From Lachnospiraceae bacterium (GTDB lineage: Bacteria; Bacillota; Clostridia; Lachnospirales; Lachnospiraceae): a DNA stretch of 64,000 nt. Location: NCBI GenBank assembly GCA_045617725.1, contig JAZLJD010000054.1:645-64644 (forward strand), read 5' to 3'. Below the pieces are notes generated by a model that was given only the letters and a program-made list of their open reading frames with translations, searched no databases and was not told where the DNA came from. Position numbers and translations under genes: made by a program. This document shows, piece by piece, positions 9,532 through 18,152 of the stretch. Numbering within the stretch: the first letter of the stretch is position 1; the number at the start of each line of letters is the position of its first letter.

Positions 9532-10303
9532 GGATTTACGAACAGAATTAGAAAACATGACTTATGAAGATACTCCGGATCTTTGGGACCGCATCAATAA
9601 GGGCATTGATGAAGGCCTTTATATGGAAGGAAACGAGCAGTATCTTCCGAAAGAATCCTTAAAGAGAAAGAAGCCGGTCATTGTAAAACTGCTTCCTTAT
9701 GTGGGCGCGGTGGCAGCAGTCCTTTTTTGCATCGTGATTTTCCCGAAGGGAAGCAGCGTAAAAAAGAGCGCGGATATGGCAGCAGCGGAAAGCAATGTTA
9801 TGATGGTAGCGGCACAAAGCGAGAATGTAGCAGATGTCGCCGAAACTTACGACGCATTCACCGATGATATACCGGTGCCCGCTCCGGAAGCACCGAAGGA
9901 CGGAATTAACGGGAATGCGATATACATGAACGATAAGTCAGTTAATTCCACGGTGGATTTTTCTGCAAACCGTGGCGAATTCGCGGGGGTAACTGCATTT
10001 AAGGAGGAGGCGGAAGAAAAGAGTCTGTTATATCGGGATGTTCCCAAGGACTTTTCCGACAAGAGTAAGGTATGTACAGTCCTTGAAATGACTGTCACCG
10101 ATCGTGGGGAAGTTATATATTCCCTTGCAGATCGAAACGAAGAGGTAACTTACACGGTGCACCTGTCCCATAATCTGGTTTCCGAGTATGAGGGAGACCT
10201 TACGGAGCTGATGAAGGTGGGTGAGATATACACGCTGCGACTCGGATATCTGGATGACGGAACCTGCATCATGAACTATGTTCCGTTGTGTGTTTCCGAA
10301 TAA
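9524..10303 (+). CDS. Putative membrane-anchored anti-sigma factor
   Basis: TTG start overlapping the sigma stop by 8 nt. One TM helix (LLPYVGAVAAVLFCIVIF). Called from position after the ECF sigma; no recognisable domain. Confidence 0.5.
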   Translation: MSKDLRTELENMTYEDTPDLWDRINKGIDEGLYMEGNEQYLPKESLKRKKPVIVKLLPYVGAVAAVLFCIVIFPKGSSVKKSADMAAAESNVMMVAAQSENVADVAETYDAFTDDIPVPAPEAPKDGINGNAIYMNDKSVNSTVDFSANRGEFAGVTAFKEEAEEKSLLYRDVPKDFSDKSKVCTVLEMTVTDRGEVIYSLADRNEEVTYTVHLSHNLVSEYEGDLTELMKVGEIYTLRLGYLDDGTCIMNYVPLCVSE

Positions 10304-10518
10304 ATGAAGTAACAAAAAAGAACTGTTCATTTTTATATAGTTATACACAATCTGTTATATGTTAAAAGACCGTAAAATCAAGGTTTTGCAGGCAATTCAA
10401 CCATCGGTTGACAATCTATAAAACTGCTACAAAGAGTAGGAAAATACTTATATAAATAGTTTTTGTATAAGATTTTTCTTTTGAAGACACAAAAATTTCA
10501 TAAATTTAGACATAAAAA

Positions 10519-10556
10519 TAAAGTTGCCTACCGACTTCTCGATAGACAACTTTTTG
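10519..10556 (-). terminator. Candidate terminator downstream of the DUF2442 gene
   Basis: Imperfect hairpin (gttgtct.../...aggcaac on the minus-strand RNA) followed by a U-rich run. Confidence 0.4.
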
Positions 10557-10558
10557 AT

Positions 10559-10816
10559 TTACTGAATAGAATATAAAACATCTGGGTCTATATCTATACA
10601 ATTTGTTGGGTTGTATTCTCCAGATATATCCCAAGCTAAAGTATGATTAATTACAGTGCAACGATTTTTGTAAAAGTCCTTATCATTAAGCTTGGAAAAA
10701 ATTCCTTTTTTTAATAGATGGTTTACATCATAATGTACAATTTTACCATCTTGAAATAGAACCTCTACTATATAATTTTCTTTAGGTATAACTTGTACTA
10801 CTTCTGGTGTAAACAT
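10559..10816 (-). CDS. DUF2442 domain protein
   Basis: 85 aa. MFTPEVVQVIPKENYIVEVLFQDGKIVHYDV is typical of DUF2442. Lies 9 nt downstream of the DUF4160 gene. Confidence 0.75.
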   Translation of the reverse strand: MFTPEVVQVIPKENYIVEVLFQDGKIVHYDVNHLLKKGIFSKLNDKDFYKNRCTVINHTLAWDISGEYNPTNCIDIDPDVLYSIQ

Positions 10817-10825
10817 AAAACCTCC

Positions 10826-11086
10826 TTACCTTAATGGGTCAATTACGACTAATTCTCCAGATTCCTTACTAATCAGCCAATTTTTCATAAGTTCGTCATA
10901 ATGAATCTCGCACCATGCAAGAACTAACTTAATTTGCTTTGTAGGAAGACTTCCTTTGAATACACATCCATTTTGGATATCAATAAGTGCCTTATGCTCA
11001 TTGTATATCGCATGAAAATGTGGAGGATTATGGTCCTCATAATACATATAAATTGATATTCCAAAAAATTCTGATATTAATGGCAC
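10826..11086 (-). CDS. DUF4160 domain protein
   Basis: 86 aa. ISIYMYYEDHNPPHFHA signature of DUF4160. Confidence 0.8.
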   Translation of the reverse strand: MPLISEFFGISIYMYYEDHNPPHFHAIYNEHKALIDIQNGCVFKGSLPTKQIKLVLAWCEIHYDELMKNWLISKESGELVVIDPLR

Positions 11087-11199
11087 AATTTTTCTCCTTT
11101 TCTTTTATCATTTTTATCCAAGTAAAGAAGAAAATCCTTACGGATTCCCCTCAGTTTCTCCCAAAGGGAATCCTTCTTGGTAAGGATATTGTAGCATTT

Positions 11200-11445
11200 T
11201 TAACCGTAATACTCAACAGACTGTCTTGAAATATCCACCGTGATTCCGAGAATATCGAGATATTTTCTAAATACCTCTTCCATATCATCATCTTTCATAC
11301 TCTTTACACGGTCAGACATTTCCCATGGCATTCTATCTTCGTAAAGAACAGAAGCTTCGTCAAAATATTCTCCGTTAGCATAAACTACATCAAAACCTTC
11401 TTCGTGTTCATTAATAGCATTTGCAAACATCGCAGCGAAGCACAT
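11200..11445 (-). CDS. Acidic hypothetical protein, possibly the 3' remnant of a longer gene
   Basis: The open frame extends 25 codons upstream of the first ATG with no start codon and no SD. Confidence 0.3.
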   Translation of the reverse strand: MCFAAMFANAINEHEEGFDVVYANGEYFDEASVLYEDRMPWEMSDRVKSMKDDDMEEVFRKYLDILGITVDISRQSVEYYG

Positions 11446-11655
11446 ATTGCAATATTCATCTTCATAATCATTTATCCACTCTTTACAGAAGTCTAAATAA
11501 TCAGAAGTATTGTTAAGAGGTCAGCCAGACCGAAATCTGACTGATGTACTCTTAACTTAATGACATTGCCTCCAATCGTTAGATTATTTGTTAGATTATT
11601 TGGTCTAGCTTTTTGGGAGAGGCGGTACACCGACAGTTCTTTTTTTATGCGTATC

Positions 11656-12051
11656 TTACTTTTTCTTCTTAGGGCTACGGGTGCTACCGCTTTCCTTTCC
11701 GTGGTTCTTTTTGTCATTCTCCATAATCTTCCTGCAATAATCCTGCAGAATTTCATACTCATCCCGATCCTTGTCGGTCAGGATTTCGAGGAGATATGGG
11801 AAGGCAGTATCTTCAGAGCATAATTCCGTAAATTGCCGCGGATCGTACATGATGTCGACGCGACCTAAAAGATAATCGGTGCTGACATGGAAATAGTCAG
11901 CCAGAAGGCTTATGGTTTCAAGATTCGGTGCATACATATCCCGCTCATAGTTCGACAGCGTGGAAACAGATAAATTCAGTTTATCGGCGATTACTCGCTG
12001 TGTTATTTTTTGCGCGTTGCGTAACAATCGTAGTCTGGAACCTATTGGCAT
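11656..12051 (-). CDS. XRE-family helix-turn-helix transcriptional regulator
   Basis: N-terminal HTH_3 pattern LRLLRNAQKITQRVIADKLNLSVSTLSNYERDMYAPNLETISLLADYFHVSTDYLLGR. Confidence 0.8.
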   Translation of the reverse strand: MPIGSRLRLLRNAQKITQRVIADKLNLSVSTLSNYERDMYAPNLETISLLADYFHVSTDYLLGRVDIMYDPRQFTELCSEDTAFPYLLEILTDKDRDEYEILQDYCRKIMENDKKNHGKESGSTRSPKKKK

Positions 12052-12258
12052 ACCGTATCATCTCCGGTCCTTTTCAGTGATATGTTCATTTTACATGAAT
12101 TGTGTAAGGAAAAAAGGAGACTTTAGGTATTGAGAAAAATAGAAGAAAAATACGCTCAAAATTTTAGTAAACCTAAAATTTACGGTATCAAATGCTCTGC
12201 GAATCATCATGAGGAGCCGGCATGGCGAGAGACCGGCCGGAAAAGAGTGAGAATCAAA

Positions 12259-12287
12259 TTGACAGCGAGAATAAGTTGACATAAAAT
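12259..12287 (+). promoter_or_regulatory. Sigma-A-type promoter for secreted paralog 1
   Basis: TTGACA (12259-12264), 17-nt spacer, TAAAAT (12282-12287). Confidence 0.45.
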
Positions 12288-12329
12288 TGAAGTACTTCTG
12301 AAAGAAGAAGTGACAGAAAGGGAGAAGAA

Positions 12330-13286
12330 ATGAAGAAGAAAATTTTATCTGTTGTATTGGCACTGTGTATGGTAGCCGGCCTGTTTAGCGGAATGGCTAA
12401 GGGAACAGAGGCAAAAGAGGTTTTAGATGTGCCTATTATATGGGCCGGCAATTTACAGGCCTTGCTTCCACCGGGTACAACTGGTGAGGAATGCCTGGAG
12501 TCATTACTTGGAACCGATTATCTGAAACCCGGAAGCGTTGTAAATTCCGGGGATCCTGTATATATGTCATACTTTCTGCTTGATGCGGGGGATGTGACCA
12601 AACTTCCTACAGATAGATGTATGTACACCGAGAGTTATTTTGCCGCTGCGGGAATGACATTCATGCAAGAGGCTATGAAGAAGAAGGGAAATGAAGCTTT
12701 AATTTATTTTATGACGAATGTATATGGCCTATCGTCGTTTGTTGATCCTGAAGTCTTAAAAAATCCGGAGTTCCTAGAGGAGATGGAACTGGTGCATAGA
12801 AGTGGAGTTATATTCGATACAGAGGGAAAGTGCATCCCTGCTGCTCCGGGATATACTTCATGGAAGCTTGCTTTTTATCTTCTTGAAGGGTCGGCGGCTA
12901 TGGCTTTCTACGTTCCTTACGGTGTAGAAAACAAGGATTACACGCTTGTTAAGTCCGGTGACGGCAACACGAAGTGGTATGGTCCGCAGGGGCAGCTCCT
13001 TTGGGACATTGCGGAGGGCGAAACAGAAATCAACGCTGAATTAACGAACCAGAGCTGCATTCCCGACGCACTTATGCGTGATTGGGACGCCAAAGACAAA
13101 GATATCAAGGTAAGCTACCGGTACAAGGGCTACAACGTAACCGCTGTAATCCCGGCTGACAAGGTTATTGTAACCGGCGAAGAATGGTATGGAGCTGAGT
13201 ATTTCGCAGACCTTTACAAGGAGTTTGTAACGGTTAAGGATTGGTTCGGCCAGGTTGTTCCCACCGATGTCCTGTTTAGTAAATAG
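12330..13286 (+). CDS. Secreted protein of unknown function, paralog 1 of a local family
   Basis: Signal peptide MKKKILSVVLALCMVAGLFSGMAKGTEA. C-terminal block DKDIKVSYRYKGYNVTAVIPADK...WYGAEYFADLYKEFVTVKDWFGQ is shared with the ORFs at 35906 and 36968. Confidence 0.7.
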   Translation: MKKKILSVVLALCMVAGLFSGMAKGTEAKEVLDVPIIWAGNLQALLPPGTTGEECLESLLGTDYLKPGSVVNSGDPVYMSYFLLDAGDVTKLPTDRCMYTESYFAAAGMTFMQEAMKKKGNEALIYFMTNVYGLSSFVDPEVLKNPEFLEEMELVHRSGVIFDTEGKCIPAAPGYTSWKLAFYLLEGSAAMAFYVPYGVENKDYTLVKSGDGNTKWYGPQGQLLWDIAEGETEINAELTNQSCIPDALMRDWDAKDKDIKVSYRYKGYNVTAVIPADKVIVTGEEWYGAEYFADLYKEFVTVKDWFGQVVPTDVLFSK

Positions 13287-13311
13287 GGTATATACAAAAA
13301 TGATTCAAAGA

Positions 13312-13337
13312 GGGGGCTGCGAAAGCAGCCTCCTTTT
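13312..13337 (+). terminator. Rho-independent terminator after paralog 1
   Basis: gggggctgc / gcagcctcc stem, gaaa loop, tttt tail. Confidence 0.7.
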
Positions 13338-13366
13338 CAGTCAGGCAACAAGCCCGGGAAAATCTG

Positions 13367-13395
13367 TTTACAGAGGTCGTAACATGCGTTACAAT
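13367..13395 (+). promoter_or_regulatory. Sigma-A-type promoter for the COG1306-addBA unit
   Basis: TTTACA (13367-13372), 17-nt spacer, TACAAT (13390-13395). Confidence 0.45.
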
Positions 13396-13442
13396 TCTAT
13401 GAAGTAGTTAGAAATAAAGGAAATATTGACATAGAGGCAGTT

Positions 13443-14732
13443 ATGAAGAAACAGTTGTTTGTTGTAATTTTGGCATGTGCGGTGTCGTTTTTGGCACTGG
13501 GCTGCGATAAAGAAAAAGAGGTGCAGAAGGTGGTTGTGGATCCCGGCGTGTTCGTGGATCAGCCGAGTACGGAGCCGGTAGTGTCGGAGGCGCCTGTGGC
13601 GTCCGAAGAACCCGGTCCGAGTGCGGAACCGTCCGAAACAATCGCTCCGACAGATCCGGTGGGGACTTCTGAAGAACCGAGCGGAGAGTCCGAACAAAAG
13701 GACCCGGAGGATGTTACAATGATACCGGAAGGCAAGAAGAGAGAGCCGGTAGAAGTAAAGGGAATCTATGTGACCGGCAATAAGGCAGGAACGAACGGAT
13801 TTTACGATCTTGTTACGCTGGTGGATGAGACCGAGCTGAATGCGATGGTTATCGACATAAAGAATGAGGACGGTTACGTCACTTATGCGATGGACAGCCC
13901 CATGGTGAATGAAATGAGTTCTCAGAAGCGATTGATCGGGGACCTGCCCGGAGTACTTAACACCTGTAAGGAGCATGATATTTACACCATCGCCAGAATT
14001 GTTACTTTTTGCGACAATCATGCGGCTGAAACGCATCCGGAATGGGCAGTGCTTAACAAGGATGGCAGCGTTTATCATGACAATCGTAAGCTGGCATGGC
14101 TGAATCCGTATAAGAAGGATTGCTGGGAGTATATCAGCGAGATTGCCTGTCAGGCAGCACAGGCCGGATTTGATGAAATTCAGTTTGACTACATTCGACT
14201 GAATACGGACAAGAAGATGAAGGATTTGGATTACGGGCCGGATGCGGCGGATGTGACCAGTCAGGAAATCATCACGGAATTTGTTTCCTATATTATGGAG
14301 GAACTTGAGCCCTACGGCGTTTATGTGGCAGCGGATGTATACGGTACCATCATCGGCAGCGAAGTGGATCGTAAGAATGTGGGCCAGAATTATGTGGATA
14401 TGTGTTCGAGACTCGATTATATCTGTCCGATGATTTATCCTTCTCATTATGCAGGTGGCAACTTTGGCATCGAAATTCCGGATACCGACCCTTATAAATG
14501 CATTAAGGGAGCGATGGATTTGTCTACGAAGGAGACCTCGGTCTTGGAAGGAACGCACTGCGCGGTAGCGAGACCGTGGTTGCAGGCGTTTACCGCGACC
14601 TGGGTGAAAGGACATATCAATTACGGAATCGAGGAAGTCAAGCTGCAGATTCAGGCCGTTCACGATGCCGGTTATAATGAGTATCTTCTTTGGAATTCCG
14701 GTAATGTATATGAGAAAGGCGTATTTGAATAA
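13443..14732 (+). CDS. Lipoprotein, putative glycoside hydrolase of the COG1306/DUF4015 type
   Basis: Lipobox FLALGC. KGIYVTG...VIDIKNEDGYVTY...DEIQFDYIR pattern. Stop directly abuts the addB ATG. Confidence 0.65.
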   Translation: MKKQLFVVILACAVSFLALGCDKEKEVQKVVVDPGVFVDQPSTEPVVSEAPVASEEPGPSAEPSETIAPTDPVGTSEEPSGESEQKDPEDVTMIPEGKKREPVEVKGIYVTGNKAGTNGFYDLVTLVDETELNAMVIDIKNEDGYVTYAMDSPMVNEMSSQKRLIGDLPGVLNTCKEHDIYTIARIVTFCDNHAAETHPEWAVLNKDGSVYHDNRKLAWLNPYKKDCWEYISEIACQAAQAGFDEIQFDYIRLNTDKKMKDLDYGPDAADVTSQEIITEFVSYIMEELEPYGVYVAADVYGTIIGSEVDRKNVGQNYVDMCSRLDYICPMIYPSHYAGGNFGIEIPDTDPYKCIKGAMDLSTKETSVLEGTHCAVARPWLQAFTATWVKGHINYGIEEVKLQIQAVHDAGYNEYLLWNSGNVYEKGVFE

Positions 14733-17700
14733 ATGGCTTTACAATTTTATTTTGGACCCTCCGGTTCAGGCAAGAGTACTGCATTGTATGACAGAATTGT
14801 ACGTGAGGCAGCTCAGCACGAGGACAGAGATTATCTGATTCTTGTGCCTGAGCAGTTTACAATGCAGACACAAAAGGACCTTGTTATCAGGCATTCGGAT
14901 GGGGGCATCATGAACATTGATGTTCTCAGTTTCGGACGCCTTTTTTATCGTGTAGCGGAGGAAACGGGTGTGGGCATGAAGCCGGTCTTAAACGATATCG
15001 GCAAGGCTCTGATTCTGCGTAAGATAGCTTCCGACCAAAGCCTCCCTCTGACGGCACTGGCACGCAATATAAAGCGTATCGGATATATTAATGAAGTGAA
15101 GAGTGCCATATCCGAATTCATGCAGTATTCCGTATCTCCGATGGATTTGTTGAAACTGATAGAGACTCCGGATATATCGAATTCCCTGAAGGGGAAGCTT
15201 AAGGATTTGAGCCTTCTGTATGAGCGATTCCTGCAATATTTGGGCGACCACTATATTACTACGGAAGAATCCATGGACAGGCTTTCCGAGTATATCCCGG
15301 ACAGCTCCCGTATTAAGCACAGTGTGGTTGTACTGGACGGATACACCGGATTTACCCCGGTACAGATGAAGGTAATAAGGGCACTGCTGAACCATGCACT
15401 CGATGTGATTGTGACGGTAGAAATGGACGGAGCCGTTTCAGACCCGCTCAAACCGCTTCCTGCGGAGCACCTTTTTGCATTGAGCTCCACTATGGTACAG
15501 AAACTCCTGAAGATCAGTGACGAGGATTCCATTGATAGAATATCGGATGTAATTCTTCCTTCCACTCCTGTTTACCGTTATCGCGAAGTGCCGGATATGG
15601 CATATTTGGAGCAGAACCTGTTCCGAAACGGAAACGCGGTTTTTGAGGGGGATACTTCTCACATAAAGATTCATGAAATGACGAGTATGCGGGAGGAAGT
15701 ACGGGATATTTGTATTGAAATCCGGCGACTGGTCCGTGAGGGCGGGTATCGTTATCGGGATATTGCTGTGGTAACTGCAGATATGGAGTCCTATGCGCCT
15801 TTGTTTGAGGAGGCGATGGAACGCTACGAGATTCCTTACTTTTTGGATCAGACCAGAAAGCCCGGAGTGAATCCGCTGCCCGAGTATATACGTAGTACCC
15901 TTATGGTATTCTATCTGAATTTTTCCTACGACAGCATGATGCGTTACCTGCGTTGTGGCTTAAGCGGAATTACGGAGGCTGAAGCGGATGTCCTTGATTA
16001 CTATTGTCTTTCGCAGGGGATAAGAGGAATTTCGAAGTGGAACAGGGCCTTTACGAAGCCCCTGCAGGATGGCGAGGACGGCCTTTTGGAGCTCGAACAA
16101 ATAAATGCTCTGCGCAGTCGTGTCATGGAACGCCTTAAACCGATGAAGAGTATCTGCACGAAGCAGAATAGTACGGCAGCGGAACGCGTTCGTAAGCTCT
16201 ATGATTTTTTGGAATCGGCCGGTGCAGCGGAGTATCTTGATAATCTGGCGACTTCCTTTGAAGACCGGGGCGATATGCATAAGGCAATTGAGTATCGCCA
16301 GATTTATAAAGCCGTCATGATGCTCCTTGAGCAGTTACACGATATCCTGGGGGAGGAAACTATCGACCTTAAGGAATTTTATGACTTACTCGAAGCCGGA
16401 TTTCACGAAATTAAGATAGGAATTATTCCCCAGAATGCGGACCGTATTATGATCGGTGATATGCAACGGACCCGTCTTGATAGAATATCGCATGTTTTTT
16501 TATGCGGCGTGAATGACGGAAACATTCCAAAGAGCAGTAGCGGCGGGATTCTTTCCGTGTTTGACCGGGAGTTCTTTAAATCGCAGGAGGTGGAGATGGC
16601 TCCGCTTCCGCGCGAAGAGATGTATATTCAGAGGCTTTATCTGTATCTCCTTATGACGAAGCCTTTACTGTCCCTGCATCTTTCTTATTGTACGCAGTCC
16701 GCGTCTACCGATGAGAAGCTGCCTTCCTATATCATAGGAACGCTCCTTAAGATGTACCCGAAGCTTCAGGTTGTGAAACCGGAACGCAGCGAGACGGAAT
16801 TATCCAGAATCGAATGCCGGGATGATGGTGTGCAATACTATATCGATTGTTGCAAGGAATCAAAGGACAAAGAGGAACTTGTATCCTTTGTTACAATGTC
16901 CGAAGGCCTTCCGCTTCTTCGGGAGGAGCTCCTTGCCGTGGAGGATAGTCTCTTTGTAACGCCTTCCGATCTCCCCCTGTCCGGGGAAGCAGCAGTTCTT
17001 CTGTACGGAACGCTTCTGTCTGCCTCCATTTCACGGCTTGAAACTTTCGCGACCTGTGCATTCCGTCATTTCCTGACGTATGGGCTGCAACTGGGTGAGA
17101 GACCGGAACTGATGGTCGACAATCGTTCCATCGGCAGCGTGATGCATCTTATCCTAAGTGAGCTTGGAAAGGTGTTTGATGAGGACGGAGTAAATTTCCA
17201 GAATTATGAAGAGGGTCTTTTGGACCAGTATTTAAGCCGTGCCATTGTACGGGCCGGTGCTGCGGATGCGACCATTATGAGTCCTTTCTCACAGAGCAAG
17301 GCTTCCTTGTATTGTCTTGAACAGATTAAGAATACCGTGCGGCATTGCGTTCTTGTCATTCGCTATCAGCTTAGTAAGGGAAGCTTTGTTCCTAAGAAGT
17401 TTGAGTATGATTTCTCTCATATCATCAAAGTGGATCCTGCTTCCGGCCTTGCTGTGACCGAGGATGGTCGTGAGATTCGTCTGGGCGGCATAATCGATCG
17501 CATGGATGTCTGCAACCAGGGTGACAAATGTTATATCAGGATTATAGATTATAAATCTTCCGCCAAAACACTGGATTTTCAGAAGGTTTACACCGGAGAA
17601 CAGCTGCAATTGCTGGTATATTTGAACGGAGGCATGGAAACCTACCAAAAAGAGCTGGCTCATGACGGAATTAATGACATTAGTGTCATTCCAGCAGGCG

Positions 17701-18152
17701 TGCTTTATTTTAAACTTACGGATGAGTATCAGGAATACGCTTCTTTGCCGGAAAATGACGAGCAGATACAGAAAACGAATCTTGCAAAGAACTGTCATAC
17801 CGGATTGGTTACGAGCGACATGGCCGTCATTGAGCTTATGGATGACAGCATAGAGAAGGAGAGTGATGTTATCCCTGTCAGTTTGAAGAAGGAAGGCCTT
17901 GCTGAGCGATCGATGGCATATTCCGAAACTGACATGAATGCCATGATGCAGTATGTGGACAAAAAGATTACAGAAATGGCCGGAGAAATAATGGCGGGTG
18001 TTATTAAAAAGAACCCGTTCAAGGACTCCTGTACATACTGCAATTTCCGGGATGTATGCAATTTCCGGTGCGGAATCACGGAGGATGAGGTCCGCGGGCA
18101 TCTTAAGGCGAAGGACGCACTTAACAAAATTCTGGGAAGGGAGGACCGGTAA
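14733..18152 (+). CDS. addB: ATP-dependent helicase/deoxyribonuclease subunit B
   Basis: 1139 aa. N-terminal GPSGSGKST. C-terminal nuclease/Fe-S region with Cys (DSCTYCNFRDVC). Confidence 0.9.
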   Translation: MALQFYFGPSGSGKSTALYDRIVREAAQHEDRDYLILVPEQFTMQTQKDLVIRHSDGGIMNIDVLSFGRLFYRVAEETGVGMKPVLNDIGKALILRKIASDQSLPLTALARNIKRIGYINEVKSAISEFMQYSVSPMDLLKLIETPDISNSLKGKLKDLSLLYERFLQYLGDHYITTEESMDRLSEYIPDSSRIKHSVVVLDGYTGFTPVQMKVIRALLNHALDVIVTVEMDGAVSDPLKPLPAEHLFALSSTMVQKLLKISDEDSIDRISDVILPSTPVYRYREVPDMAYLEQNLFRNGNAVFEGDTSHIKIHEMTSMREEVRDICIEIRRLVREGGYRYRDIAVVTADMESYAPLFEEAMERYEIPYFLDQTRKPGVNPLPEYIRSTLMVFYLNFSYDSMMRYLRCGLSGITEAEADVLDYYCLSQGIRGISKWNRAFTKPLQDGEDGLLELEQINALRSRVMERLKPMKSICTKQNSTAAERVRKLYDFLESAGAAEYLDNLATSFEDRGDMHKAIEYRQIYKAVMMLLEQLHDILGEETIDLKEFYDLLEAGFHEIKIGIIPQNADRIMIGDMQRTRLDRISHVFLCGVNDGNIPKSSSGGILSVFDREFFKSQEVEMAPLPREEMYIQRLYLYLLMTKPLLSLHLSYCTQSASTDEKLPSYIIGTLLKMYPKLQVVKPERSETELSRIECRDDGVQYYIDCCKESKDKEELVSFVTMSEGLPLLREELLAVEDSLFVTPSDLPLSGEAAVLLYGTLLSASISRLETFATCAFRHFLTYGLQLGERPELMVDNRSIGSVMHLILSELGKVFDEDGVNFQNYEEGLLDQYLSRAIVRAGAADATIMSPFSQSKASLYCLEQIKNTVRHCVLVIRYQLSKGSFVPKKFEYDFSHIIKVDPASGLAVTEDGREIRLGGIIDRMDVCNQGDKCYIRIIDYKSSAKTLDFQKVYTGEQLQLLVYLNGGMETYQKELAHDGINDISVIPAGVLYFKLTDEYQEYASLPENDEQIQKTNLAKNCHTGLVTSDMAVIELMDDSIEKESDVIPVSLKKEGLAERSMAYSETDMNAMMQYVDKKITEMAGEIMAGVIKKNPFKDSCTYCNFRDVCNFRCGITEDEVRGHLKAKDALNKILGREDR

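Noticed and set aside
13389-14663. Long minus-strand ORF (424 aa) and similar long antisense ORFs (for example 6056-6796, 17289-18167, 18425-19282, 24728-25489, 29882-30589, 35162-35803, 40468-41274, 42189-42917, 48830-49738, 54988-55707, 55813-56826).
   Set aside because: Each lies entirely inside a + strand gene with clear family motifs. Their translations are low-complexity, rich in R/H/I/L, and have no recognisable domains or RBS. They are shadow ORFs of the opposite strand.
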